Made by a program: the position numbers and the translations under genes
Source: an uncultured Bacilli bacterium
Lineage (GTDB): Bacteria > Bacillota_I > Bacilli_A > RF39 > UBA660
NCBI GenBank assembly: GCA_934167465.1
Contig: CAKPKR010000006.1
Coordinates: forward strand, 3,299-67,298
Direction: 5' to 3'
DNA: 64,000 bases
The notes under the pieces: model-generated
Told to the model about the DNA's origin: nothing
The model's input: the letters and a program-made list of their open reading frames with translations, nothing else
The model's database searches: none
Part shown: one piece after another, positions 29,740 through 39,036 of the stretch
How the letters are laid out: each line of letters starts with the position of its first letter
How positions within the stretch are numbered: position 1 is the first letter of the stretch

Positions 29740-29771
29740 ATCATACCATCCCCCACAGACGATTTTATCAA
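29740..29771 (-). promoter_or_regulatory. degenerate copy of the family promoter (TTGATA-20-TATGAT) with an interrupted G tract
   Basis: Aligns with 47557-47587 and 60922-60952. The tract reads GTGGGGGATGG on the minus strand. Confidence 0.45.
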
Positions 29772-29797
29772 GCAGAAATTTTGTTCGTATTTGTTTA

Positions 29798-30391
29798 TTA
29801 TAATTTTACATATTGTTTAGTGTTTGATTCTGCAAATTTTTTTATTGCATTATCTGCAGTATCTAAGTATTGCTTTAACTCATCTTCTGTCATTTCCGCT
29901 AAAGTCTTTGTATAATTAAATGGTATAAATACTGACCACAAATCAGACCATTTTTTATTTATATCTATTTCTCTTTTTTCTCTACTCAAATAACCTTCAG
30001 AAATTCCATAAAATAGTTTAATATTTTCTCCATCAAAATAAGCTAATACTTCTTTAAAATAACAATATCTATTTTCTACATTTTTCATTTTTTCTAATAA
30101 GCCATCTATTCCTATTTTTTCTAATAATTCTCTTTTAGGAAAAGCACCAGGAAAGTTAGGATTATTAGGATAATTTGGAATATAAAAACCTGAGTCTAAA
30201 GCAATACAAGGTTTACCAACAACTCTATAGGCTTGTTTTACTTTTGAAATTGCTATTATTTCAATATCATTTATGTTTGGTTCCTCATAATCATAGTCAT
30301 AAGTTAATAATTTTATCTTATTATCATCAAAATATTTTTGAGCTGTTGCTACTTTACCCTTATTTCCTGTTACAAATACTATTTCTTTCAT
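29798..30391 (-). CDS. Ham1/ITPase-family non-canonical NTP pyrophosphatase-like protein (divergent)
   Basis: IVFVTGNKGK, EEP, ALDSGF..PG layout of the Ham1/RdgB fold. The usual C-terminal FGYDP region is replaced. Confidence 0.65.
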   Translation of the reverse strand: MKEIVFVTGNKGKVATAQKYFDDNKIKLLTYDYDYEEPNINDIEIIAISKVKQAYRVVGKPCIALDSGFYIPNYPNNPNFPGAFPKRELLEKIGIDGLLEKMKNVENRYCYFKEVLAYFDGENIKLFYGISEGYLSREKREIDINKKWSDLWSVFIPFNYTKTLAEMTEDELKQYLDTADNAIKKFAESNTKQYVKL

Positions 30392-31317
30392 TACATATCT
30401 CCTTTGAAAAAATATACTTTTTTTACTAATGGTGAATATTTTATATCTGATAAATCTTTGTTTTTATTTTCAGCTAAAGCCTTAGTTATATATATACTTT
30501 TTAATGTTGCATAATAATCATTTAATAAAACTTCGTCACTATATTTGTCAATTTTAACTAATTCGGTATAATATTTATCCCATTCTTCTAATATTATTTT
30601 ATCGTATTCTTTATTTGAATTAAATAATATTAAGCCATTTTCATTATCATATGATGTTTTAGTTCTTCCATGACAAAAACTATATTTTTCATGAAGTATT
30701 GGAAATGCTATAGCTGATTCTACCATTGTCGATTCTAAATAAGTAGATGCAGCCTTTACTTCATTACCATAAATTATTTCATATACATTATTATTTTTAA
30801 TTTCTATTAATTCATTTTTGATTTTATCAAATATGTCAATTATTATGTCTTTTGTTTCTTTATTATATTTTGTTGATAATAAAATACTTATCGGCATTAG
30901 AGTACTTGCTAAAGAAATATAGCTAGGTTCTTTTTCGATTTTACTTTTATATTCAATTTTTTCTATTGATTCATATTTTTCTGAATTATTTGTTAGTAGA
31001 TATTTCTTCTTATTACTATTTAACATACTATCAACAATATAACCTTTACCACTATAACTAACTCCAAATATATTATTAAATTTATCAATATTTTCGTATT
31101 TTAAATCTCTTGGACTTTTACATACAGCAATATTTTTTTCATTTAATATGTGATTTAAAAATTCAGCTACAACACTAGATCCACCAACACTAGTAATAAA
31201 TGTATTTCCTTTTATATTTTCTATTTGTTCTTTTATTTTAATTAAATCAGATTTTTCCAATGTATCTATAATTCTTGGCAATAATAATTCAAAATTTTCT
31301 TTCATATTTCCTTTCAT
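30391..31317 (-). CDS. double SIS-domain (sugar-phosphate binding/isomerase-like) protein
   Basis: FITSVGGSSVVAEFL and GVSYSGKG..LLTNN (SIS 1). GNEVKAASTYLESTMVES..HEKYSFCHG (SIS 2, AgaS/GlmS-isomerase-like). 1-nt overlap with the downstream gene. Confidence 0.55.
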   Translation of the reverse strand: MKGNMKENFELLLPRIIDTLEKSDLIKIKEQIENIKGNTFITSVGGSSVVAEFLNHILNEKNIAVCKSPRDLKYENIDKFNNIFGVSYSGKGYIVDSMLNSNKKKYLLTNNSEKYESIEKIEYKSKIEKEPSYISLASTLMPISILLSTKYNKETKDIIIDIFDKIKNELIEIKNNNVYEIIYGNEVKAASTYLESTMVESAIAFPILHEKYSFCHGRTKTSYDNENGLILFNSNKEYDKIILEEWDKYYTELVKIDKYSDEVLLNDYYATLKSIYITKALAENKNKDLSDIKYSPLVKKVYFFKGDM

Positions 31318-31368
31318 AATAAAACCTCCTTAAATACATAATAATACTTAAAGAGGTAATATCTTGTC

Positions 31369-31965
31369 TCATTCATAAAATTCTTCAATTAATTTAATTT
31401 TTCTTATTCGGTCTAATTCGAAATGGCGCATATCTTTTCTTTTTTCACAGTATGCAGCACATCCCCATCCTCTTTCAGTTAAAAACATATCATAAGGATG
31501 AATAATTCTCAAATTTTCTCCTGCATTGTATGAATAATATAATATTTCAACTTTTTTTCTTTGTTTTATAGCTCTACTTAATACATTATATTTTTCATTA
31601 TTTAAAATGTTTGTTTCTTTTTGTTCTACTTTACTTCCTTGGTAAATTCCTCTAATTTTATCTTTTAATATTTCTAATTTTTTTTGTTCATTTATATCTT
31701 TTGTTTTTTCTATTAAATTTGATAGTAATTTTACATCATTTGAATTAAATTTTCTATTAGGAATTCTTATACTTTTATTTAAAACATAGCCACCATATTG
31801 GCCTCTTATTGTATCAATATATATTCCTGATTTTTCTATTTCTTCTTTATATATTCTTACCATACGAGGAGTTACTTCTAAAATATTAGATAACTCATCA
31901 ACACTATACTTTTTCCCACTATTCAATAATTCAATCATTGTAATAGCATTACTTAATTTTGACAT
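31369..31965 (-). CDS. HTH-WYL domain transcriptional regulator
   Basis: LSNILEVTPRMVRIYKEEIEKSGI HTH. WYL-type segment ERGWGCAAYCEKRKDMRHFELDRIRKI. Paralogue of 1418..1990. Confidence 0.7.
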   Translation of the reverse strand: MSKLSNAITMIELLNSGKKYSVDELSNILEVTPRMVRIYKEEIEKSGIYIDTIRGQYGGYVLNKSIRIPNRKFNSNDVKLLSNLIEKTKDINEQKKLEILKDKIRGIYQGSKVEQKETNILNNEKYNVLSRAIKQRKKVEILYYSYNAGENLRIIHPYDMFLTERGWGCAAYCEKRKDMRHFELDRIRKIKLIEEFYE

Positions 31966-31986
31966 AGAATCACCTACTTGACTGCT

Positions 31987-32020
31987 ATTATAACAAAAGA
32001 AAAAACCTTTTACAAGGTTT
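31987..32020. repeat. 34-bp direct repeat copy A (terminator hairpin plus TTGTAA-17-TATAAT promoter)
   Basis: Identical to 34040..34073: ATTATAACAAAAGAAAAAACCTTTTACAAGGTTT. Confidence 0.9.
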
Positions 32021-32144
32021 TAATATATCATATTTTTATTTGTTATGCATATTATAAAAATTTAGACATTTAGTAGTATTCATATAAATAATTTTAATTT
32101 TTGCTAAATTATACAACAATAAATTATGCTTTTAAATCTAGTTG

Positions 32145-32153
32145 GTTAAGTTG
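32145..32153. repeat. target-site duplication GTTAAGTTG (left)
   Basis: Identical 9-mer at 33356..33364, directly outside the IS inverted repeats. Confidence 0.8.
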
Positions 32154-33355
32154 TATGGTAATCGCTTAAAATTATTAAACATATCTATTGACAATCATTA
32201 AGATTTGGTATTACTTCAAAAATAAGTCTTTCTATTTTTGAAAAATCTAATACATAATTAGTTAATTTCCTTTTTAAAGGTACCTTCCCAAAACTATCAT
32301 CTAAACTTGCTAAATTAAATACAATCTTTCTTAGTATTGATAGATTATTGATACTATTTCCAATTCTATTTCTTGAATGGTCTTCATCTAGAATTACATC
32401 TAATCTCCAATGTAATCCACACTCAGTATTCCAATGATCTCTTATTACTTCTTCTAATCTTTTAATATCTATTTCATAATCTATAATGTAATAATTTTCT
32501 GTTATTGTTATTTCTTCATTTATCATTGTTTGGATTTTTGTATATGCTATCGCTTTTACCATTTTCCACTTCTTCCATAATCTTTTCCTATTGTTTTATA
32601 ATATTTTATATTTTTATTACCATATAAATTATATTGTTTATTAAAATACTTTTTTATATCTTTTAATAATTGCTTTTGGTTTTCTTTTACTTTTAATGCA
32701 TAATGCCCACCTTTATCAACTATTTTATTAACTATTTTTTCTTGTACTCCTATTGAATCTATTGTTATAGTTGCTCTTGTAATATCTATTAAATCTATCA
32801 AATCTAGTATTGTGGTTATTTCATTTGATTTACTTTTATTTGACCTATTGAAATACCTATATCTCCTAAAAAGGCAGAAACTATATATGGTATATTTCCA
32901 CCTTGTATTTTATTTGTTGCGCTTTTCACTGTTTTACCGTCGATACTTATCTTTTTACCTGTTTTATTTTTTACTATCTCGCTTATCCATTCAATAAAGA
33001 TTTCCATAAACTTTTTACTATCTATTTGAACATATAAATCTGATAAACAATCATGTGATGGTGTTCCATTTTTTAATCCTAATAATTTATTGAAATATTC
33101 TTCTTTTAATTTCATAAAATATGCAATATCAACATAATCGGTTTGTCCACATAGTATTGTATAAATTGTCATTATTAAAATATCTATTAATTTATATTTT
33201 TTCCTCTTATATCTCTTGGATCTTCTAATACTTCAAATTGTTCAAATAAACTCATCTATACCATCTCCTAGTATAATTGTAGCTTATCATTCTATTATTT
33301 GGTAACTTATTTACTTTTTTTACACTTTTTTTAATAATTTTAAGCGATTACCATA
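32154..33355 (-). mobile_element. ISAs1-family insertion sequence (1202 bp) with perfect 26-bp terminal inverted repeats
   Basis: Left end TATGGTAATCGCTTAAAATTATTAAA (32154-32179). The right end (33330-33355) is its exact reverse complement. Flanked by a 9-bp duplication. Confidence 0.85.
32185..33255 (-). pseudogene. ISAs1-family (H-repeat-associated) transposase, broken by three frameshifts
   Basis: Fragments MSLFEQFEVLEDPRDIRGK / MTIYTILCG..DGKTVKSA / KSNEITTILDLIDL..TIDSIGVQ / HWNTECGLHWRLDVILDEDHSR are collinear with the family but fall in different frames. Confidence 0.8.
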
Positions 33356-33364
33356 GTTAAGTTG
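33356..33364. repeat. target-site duplication GTTAAGTTG (right)
   Basis: See 32145..32153. Confidence 0.8.
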
Positions 33365-33408
33365 CAACAAAGTCTATCGTATGTTATAATAACCCCAGGA
33401 GGAAGATT

Positions 33409-33756
33409 ATGACAAATGGAGAAAAAATATTCAAAATTGAAAAAATACGAAAATATGAAAAAGAAATATCCAATGAAGATAAAAAAATCGTAAGAATAAC
33501 ATTTTCAACAGGTCTATCAGCATTAGTAGCGGCACTTTCTTTTAGTATCTCTTTAAATGAAAAAATGCAAGTTATACCAATTTTTGCATATACAGAATTT
33601 TTATTTGGTCTTATAAACTCTGCGTGTGTTATAACTCAATTAAAAGATTTATTAAAATCAATTAATAAGAAAACATTACTAAATATTAGAATTGAAACCA
33701 TAAATGATGAATTAGAATTTGATAAATATGAAGAAATTAGAGGATTAAAAAAATGA
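33409..33756 (+). CDS. small membrane protein, unknown function
   Basis: 115 aa with two hydrophobic helices. AGGAGG RBS. Promoter TTGCAA-17-TATAAT directly upstream. Confidence 0.55.
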   Translation: MTNGEKIFKIEKIRKYEKEISNEDKKIVRITFSTGLSALVAALSFSISLNEKMQVIPIFAYTEFLFGLINSACVITQLKDLLKSINKKTLLNIRIETINDELEFDKYEEIRGLKK

Positions 33757-33983
33757 TAATAGATATTAAAGATATTTTAACATTAGATGATAATAACGAC
33801 TATGTAGTAATAAGCAAAACAACTTATGAAAGTAAAACATATTATTATCTAGTTGATAATAATAATAATAGTAATTTAAAATTTTGTTATGAAAAAAATG
33901 ATTCATTAGTTGAACTTGAAGATAAAGAATTAACAACAAAATTATTACCTTTATTTTTAAAAAGTATTGAAAAAACATTTTAG
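33753..33983 (+). CDS. small acidic protein (DUF1292-like, tentative)
   Basis: 76 aa with an ATGA overlap onto the upstream ORF, followed by a terminator. Confidence 0.5.
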   Translation: MIIDIKDILTLDDNNDYVVISKTTYESKTYYYLVDNNNNSNLKFCYEKNDSLVELEDKELTTKLLPLFLKSIEKTF

Positions 33984-34004
33984 AAAGAGAAAATGTTTTT
34001 TTTG
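33971..34004 (+). terminator. intrinsic terminator
   Basis: AAAACATTT-loop-AAATGTTTT followed by a T run. Confidence 0.7.
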
Positions 34005-34039
34005 TAATTTAATAATTCGATTACGTTTTATAAAAAAAA

Positions 34040-34073
34040 ATTATAACAAAAGAAAAAACCTTTTACAAGGTTT
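34040..34073. repeat. 34-bp direct repeat copy B, 10 nt downstream of tRNA-Ser
   Basis: Identical to 31987..32020. Confidence 0.9.
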
Positions 34074-34083
34074 AAATTCTAAA

Positions 34084-34174
34084 TGGCGGAGTAGAGAGGA
34101 TTTGAACCTCCGCGCCAGTTGCCCGACCTACACCCTTAGCAGGGGCGCCTCTTCAGCCTCTTGAGTACTACTCC
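34084..34174 (-). tRNA. tRNA-Ser (anticodon GCU)
   Basis: GGAGTAGT acceptor, anticodon arm CGCCC-CTGCTAA-GGGTG, long variable arm, T-arm GGAGGTTCAAATCCTC, encoded CCA. Promoter TTGACA-17-TAAAAT upstream. Confidence 0.9.
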
Positions 34175-34236
34175 AAACACTACGATTATAATTTTACATT
34201 ATAATCATAATAATGTCAAGGTGTTTTATTAAACAA

Positions 34237-34659
34237 TTATTCCAAATCTTTATTGTAATCACTAGTTTGATAATTTCCAGGACAACTCAAATAAGTTTTA
34301 TATTCTTTCTTTTGTCTATTATAAACAACATAACCAGTACATTCTTTATTATTTTTAGGATCAACTACTTTTTTGATATATCCATTTCTAATTAAATTAT
34401 TTAATTTTATTATAACAGTATCTTCTGTTTCACTATTATTATATAACTTTGCCTGTTCAGTTATTCTATCTTCCAATTCAATATAGTCTCCAATATCAGT
34501 TTTATCTCCAGAAATTATAGGATCAATAATTGGCTTTTTATTTTCCTTATTCATCAATTGATTGCATAAGATTATTACAATAACTAAGCAGACAAAAAAA
34601 GCTAAAAGAAATAATAAAAATTCATTTAACCCCCACCCTTTATTATCTAATCTTTTCAT
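34237..34659 (-). CDS. membrane-anchored protein, unknown function
   Basis: 140 aa. N-terminal TM helix; C-terminal part has two Cys. Confidence 0.55.
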   Translation of the reverse strand: MKRLDNKGWGLNEFLLFLLAFFVCLVIVIILCNQLMNKENKKPIIDPIISGDKTDIGDYIELEDRITEQAKLYNNSETEDTVIIKLNNLIRNGYIKKVVDPKNNKECTGYVVYNRQKKEYKTYLSCPGNYQTSDYNKDLE

Positions 34660-34668
34660 ATTTCACCT

Positions 34669-35328
34669 CTAAAATATATCTATATTACTTTCTAATTCTT
34701 TAAATCTATATAATTTTGCAGGCCTACCATTTTTAATATTATTTTTATCGCCTGTATCTTCTAATATATCTAAATTAATCAATTTTTTTCTAAAATTTCT
34801 TCTATCTAATTTTTTAGCAAGTATCTCTTCAAATACCGCTTGTAATTCAGGCATTGTAAAATCACTTGGAAATAGTTTTTTTAATAATTCGACATTTGTT
34901 AATTCTTTTCTTAAATAATTAATAGTATCTTTTAAAATATCACCATGATCATATACCATCTTTGGTAACTCATTTATTGGAAACCAAGCTGATTCAAAAT
35001 TTCTTTTGTGCTTTTTTAATAATAGCGTTTGATTATCAACTAACCCAATTAAAGAATTACCTAATATTCTATCATTAGGAAGTCTATCTATTTTACTAAA
35101 AACATTGCATTGTTTCAAATATATATTCTCTATGCCTGCCATCTCATTAATTGTGTATTTAGCGCATTCTTCAATTGTTTCTGTGATCATAAGCAGATTA
35201 CTTGGAAGCATCCAATATCCCTTAAATGGTTCTTCTTCTTTTCTAAATAATAGAACATTTAATTTTCCTTTAGAAATTGTAAACAAATTAACTAAAACTT
35301 CAATTTGATTAATATATCTATTGTCCAT
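34669..35328 (-). CDS. NrtR-like Nudix-domain transcriptional regulator
   Basis: Nudix-fold N-terminus plus C-terminal winged helix (FTMPELQAVFEEIL..LDRRNFRKK..GRPAKLYRF). Start at ATG 35328 with a GGGTGA RBS. Confidence 0.72.
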   Translation of the reverse strand: MDNRYINQIEVLVNLFTISKGKLNVLLFRKEEEPFKGYWMLPSNLLMITETIEECAKYTINEMAGIENIYLKQCNVFSKIDRLPNDRILGNSLIGLVDNQTLLLKKHKRNFESAWFPINELPKMVYDHGDILKDTINYLRKELTNVELLKKLFPSDFTMPELQAVFEEILAKKLDRRNFRKKLINLDILEDTGDKNNIKNGRPAKLYRFKELESNIDIF

Positions 35329-35403
35329 TTTTTCACCCGTTTCACATCTAATTATAGTAATTTTTACACAAAATGTCAATTAAAAAGAGAGTTTACAACT
35401 CTC

Positions 35404-38400
35404 TTAGTTCATTAATTCTTCTTCTAATACTTCTAATGGTTCACTATTTATCATACTTTTCTCTAATTCATAAGTACAATCACGATATTCTCTAGCACCT
35501 GTTCCAGCTGGAATAAGTTTACCAATGATAACGTTTTCTTTTAGACCATTTAAATGATCTACTTTACCATGAATTGCAGCATCAGTTAAGATTCTTGTAG
35601 TTTCTTGGAATGATGCAGCAGATAAGAATGAATCAGTTTCAAGAGAAGCTTTAGTTATACCTAAAAGCACTGGTTTACCTGTAGCAGGTACTTTTCCATT
35701 TAAAATCAATTCTTTATTAACTTCTCTAAAATGATTTATATTAACCATTGTTCCTATTAAGAATTCAGAATCACCACTAGTTACAATCTTAATCTTAGAA
35801 ATCATACGTTTAGCAATAACCTCAACGTGTTTATCAGAAATATCAACACCTTGAGAACGATAAACTTTTTGAATTTCAGATAAAATATATTGTTGAACTG
35901 TGATTGGATCTGTCACTACTAATAACTCTTTTGGACTAATAGCACCATGAGTAAGTCTTTGTCCTGATCTAACTTCATCACCTTTGTTAACAGCTAATTT
36001 AGCACCATAATTTGAAGTATGTTGTTTAACTTCAACATCATTTTTAACACTGATAATGAATTTACCATTTTCTTCAACTATTTCAGATACAATACCATTT
36101 ATTTCAGATATAGTAGCTTTTCCTTTTGGATTTCTTGCTTCAAATAACTCTTGAACACGAGGAAGACCTTGTGTAATATCGTCTCCAGCAACACCACCTG
36201 AATTAATTGTACGCATTGTAAGTTGGGTACCTGGTTCACCAATTGATTGGGCAGCCATAATACCTACGGCTTCACCTAATTCAACAATTGAACCAGTTGC
36301 TAAATTACGACCGTAACAATGTCTACAAACACCATTTTCACTCTTACAAGTAAGTAGAGTTCTGATTGATACTTTTGTTATTCCGGCATCTATTATCTTA
36401 TCAGCAATAGCTTCTGTAATATATTCATTTTTATCAATAATTGTTTCTTTTGTTTCTGGATTGATAACTTTTTTATTAGTATATCTACCAACGATTCTAT
36501 CTCTTAATGATTCAATAACTGTACCATCTGTATTATAGAATGTTTCAACTACAACACCTTCATCAGTACCACAATCTTCATATTTAACAATAATATCTTG
36601 TGATACATCAACTAAACGACGAGTTAAATATCCAGCATCGGCAGTCTTTAGGGCTGTATCAACGAAACCTTTTCTGATGGCATGGGTACCTGTAAAGAAT
36701 TCAGATACACTAGCACCATCCATAAATGAAGATTTAATTGGAATTTCGTCTGGCTCACCAGTTGGTTTAGACATTAATCCACGCATACCTGCCATTTGGT
36801 TGTAGTTACTCATATTACCACGAGCACCTGAATCAATCATAATTGAAATTGGATTATCTTTATTTTCTTTAACAATATTTGAAAGTTCATCAGCGATTTG
36901 ATTTTTAGCATCATTCCATGTACTAACAACTTTTTCATATCTTTCTCTATCAGTAATAAGGCCACGTTTAAATTGCTTATTTATTTGTGCAACTTTATCG
37001 GAAGCATTATTTAAAATTTGTTCTTTATCTTGTGATGGAATAATATCTCCAATACCAATTGATATACCTGATAATGTAGATTCTTTAAATCCTAAATCTT
37101 TCATCTTATCAAGCATAATTGAAGTTTCAGTTGTATGATATCTTTTATAAATTTGAGCAATTAATTTAGTTAATACTTTTTTACCAAAAGGTTTAACTAA
37201 TTCCATTTCACTAATTGCTTCTTTTATATTTGTTCCCATTGGTAAGAAATACTTACTTGGAGTAATACCAGTAATATTTTCATCAGTACCTTCATTAATA
37301 TATTGGAAACTGTCTGGGAATATTTCATTAAATTTTAATTTACCTACTGTAGTAACTAAATATTTTTTACATTGTTCTTCAGTAAATAACTTATGTTTAA
37401 ATGATTTTGCAGGTATAGCAATTCTTGTATGTTGAGTGATTTCTCTTCTTTCATAAGCCATTAATGCTTCATTAGGATCTTTAAATACTCTACCTTCTCC
37501 TACTTCTCCTGCTTTTTCAATAGTAATATAATAGTTACCTAAAATCATATCTTGACCTGGAGTAACAATTGGATTACCATCTGATGGTTTTAAGATGTTG
37601 TTAGCACCTAACATAAGAATTCTTGCTTCTGCTTGAGCTTCTTTACTAATAGGTACGTGAACAGCCATTTGATCTCCATCAAAGTCGGCATTAAATGCTG
37701 CACAAACAAGTGGATGAAGTCTTATTGCTCTACCATCAATTAATTTAGGTTCAAATGCTTGAATACCTAATCTATGTAATGTTGGAGCACGGTTTAACAT
37801 AACTGGATGTTCTTTTATTTTTTCTTCAACAATATCCCATACTCTAGGATCTTGATTTTCAATCATTCTTTTAGCAGCTTTAATATTAGTTGCTATTTCT
37901 TTAGAAACTAAACCATTAATAACATGTGGTTTAAACAATTCTAATGCCATTTCTTTAGGAATACCACATTCATACATTTTTAAAGTTGGACCTACAACGA
38001 TAACTGAACGACCACTATAGTCAACACGTTTACCAAGTAAGTTTTGACGGAATCTACCTTGTTTACCTTTTAGCATACTAGATAAGGATTTTAAAGGTCT
38101 ATTTCCTGCTCCTGTGATATTTCTTCCACGTCTACCATTATCAAATAAAGCATCTACGGCTTCTTGAAGCATACGTTTTTCATTTTGAATAATTATTGAT
38201 GGTGCACCTAATTCCATTAATTTTTTTAAACGATTATTTCTGTTGATAACACGTCTATATAAATCATTTAAATCGGATGTTGCAAATCTGCCACCATCTA
38301 ATTGAATCATTGGTCTAAGTTCTGGTGGAATAACTGGAAGAGCATCTAGTATCATCCATTCAGGTCTATTTCCTGATTCTAATAATGCATCTAATACATC

Positions 38401-39036
38401 TAATCTCTTAACTAATCTTACTCTTTTTTGACTAGTTGGATCTTTAATTTCTGCTATTTCTTTATTAATTTTAGCAACTTCTTCTTCTAAATTAACTTGA
38501 GTAAGTAATTCCTTAATAGCTTCAGCACCCATTCCTACTCTGAAACTATTTCCATATTTTTCATAATATGCTCTATATTCTTTATCACTTATTGTTTGTT
38601 TTTTCTCTAAAGGTGCAGTACCCGGATCTAAAACAACATATGAAACAAAGTATAAAACTTCTTCTAGTTCTCTTGGTGACATATCAAGAACTAATCCCAT
38701 TCTTGAAGGTACACCTTTAAAAAACCAAATATGTGAAACTGGTGTAGCAAGTTCGATGTGACCCATACGTTCACGACGAACTTTGCTTCTTGTTACTTCG
38801 ACACCACATCTATCACAAACAATATTTTTATATCTTAATCTTTTATATTTACCACAACTACATTCAAAATCTTTAGTTGGTCCAAATATTTTTTCACAGA
38901 ACAAACCATCTCTTTCTGGTTTTAAAGTACGATAATTTATTGTTTCGGCTTTTTTTACTTCTCCATAAGACCAAGATCTAATTCTTTCAGGAGAGGCAAT
39001 TGATATTTTTAATCCTTCAAAATTATTAACATCCAT
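35404..39036 (-). CDS. rpoC: DNA-directed RNA polymerase subunit beta'
   Basis: 1210 aa. Zn-finger CxCGKY..CDRCG, NADFDGD active site. Confidence 0.98.
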   Translation of the reverse strand: MDVNNFEGLKISIASPERIRSWSYGEVKKAETINYRTLKPERDGLFCEKIFGPTKDFECSCGKYKRLRYKNIVCDRCGVEVTRSKVRRERMGHIELATPVSHIWFFKGVPSRMGLVLDMSPRELEEVLYFVSYVVLDPGTAPLEKKQTISDKEYRAYYEKYGNSFRVGMGAEAIKELLTQVNLEEEVAKINKEIAEIKDPTSQKRVRLVKRLDVLDALLESGNRPEWMILDALPVIPPELRPMIQLDGGRFATSDLNDLYRRVINRNNRLKKLMELGAPSIIIQNEKRMLQEAVDALFDNGRRGRNITGAGNRPLKSLSSMLKGKQGRFRQNLLGKRVDYSGRSVIVVGPTLKMYECGIPKEMALELFKPHVINGLVSKEIATNIKAAKRMIENQDPRVWDIVEEKIKEHPVMLNRAPTLHRLGIQAFEPKLIDGRAIRLHPLVCAAFNADFDGDQMAVHVPISKEAQAEARILMLGANNILKPSDGNPIVTPGQDMILGNYYITIEKAGEVGEGRVFKDPNEALMAYERREITQHTRIAIPAKSFKHKLFTEEQCKKYLVTTVGKLKFNEIFPDSFQYINEGTDENITGITPSKYFLPMGTNIKEAISEMELVKPFGKKVLTKLIAQIYKRYHTTETSIMLDKMKDLGFKESTLSGISIGIGDIIPSQDKEQILNNASDKVAQINKQFKRGLITDRERYEKVVSTWNDAKNQIADELSNIVKENKDNPISIMIDSGARGNMSNYNQMAGMRGLMSKPTGEPDEIPIKSSFMDGASVSEFFTGTHAIRKGFVDTALKTADAGYLTRRLVDVSQDIIVKYEDCGTDEGVVVETFYNTDGTVIESLRDRIVGRYTNKKVINPETKETIIDKNEYITEAIADKIIDAGITKVSIRTLLTCKSENGVCRHCYGRNLATGSIVELGEAVGIMAAQSIGEPGTQLTMRTINSGGVAGDDITQGLPRVQELFEARNPKGKATISEINGIVSEIVEENGKFIISVKNDVEVKQHTSNYGAKLAVNKGDEVRSGQRLTHGAISPKELLVVTDPITVQQYILSEIQKVYRSQGVDISDKHVEVIAKRMISKIKIVTSGDSEFLIGTMVNINHFREVNKELILNGKVPATGKPVLLGITKASLETDSFLSAASFQETTRILTDAAIHGKVDHLNGLKENVIIGKLIPAGTGAREYRDCTYELEKSMINSEPLEVLEEELMN

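Noticed and set aside
29772-29790. CGAACAAAATTTCTG just upstream of the -35 of family promoters A and C (also at 60953-60970), reminiscent of a LexA half-site
   Set aside because: The right arm is TTTC rather than GTTC, so the conserved G is missing, and copy B lacks the motif. Weak evidence for SOS control; a genome-wide LexA-box scan would be needed.
32812-32997. Plus-strand 61-aa ORF inside the IS element
   Set aside because: Antisense to recognisable transposase fragments, with a low-complexity translation.
32185-33255. Possibility that the three transposase frameshifts represent programmed ribosomal frameshifting
   Set aside because: ISAs1-family transposases are single-ORF enzymes as far as I know. 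Three shifts would be required and none has a slippery heptamer plus downstream structure. Mutation or an assembly error is more likely.
33766-34164. ORFs 33766..33978 (minus) and 33967..34164 (plus)
   Set aside because: The first is antisense to a better-supported small gene and is Tyr/Leu low complexity. The second runs through a terminator and the tRNA-Ser gene.
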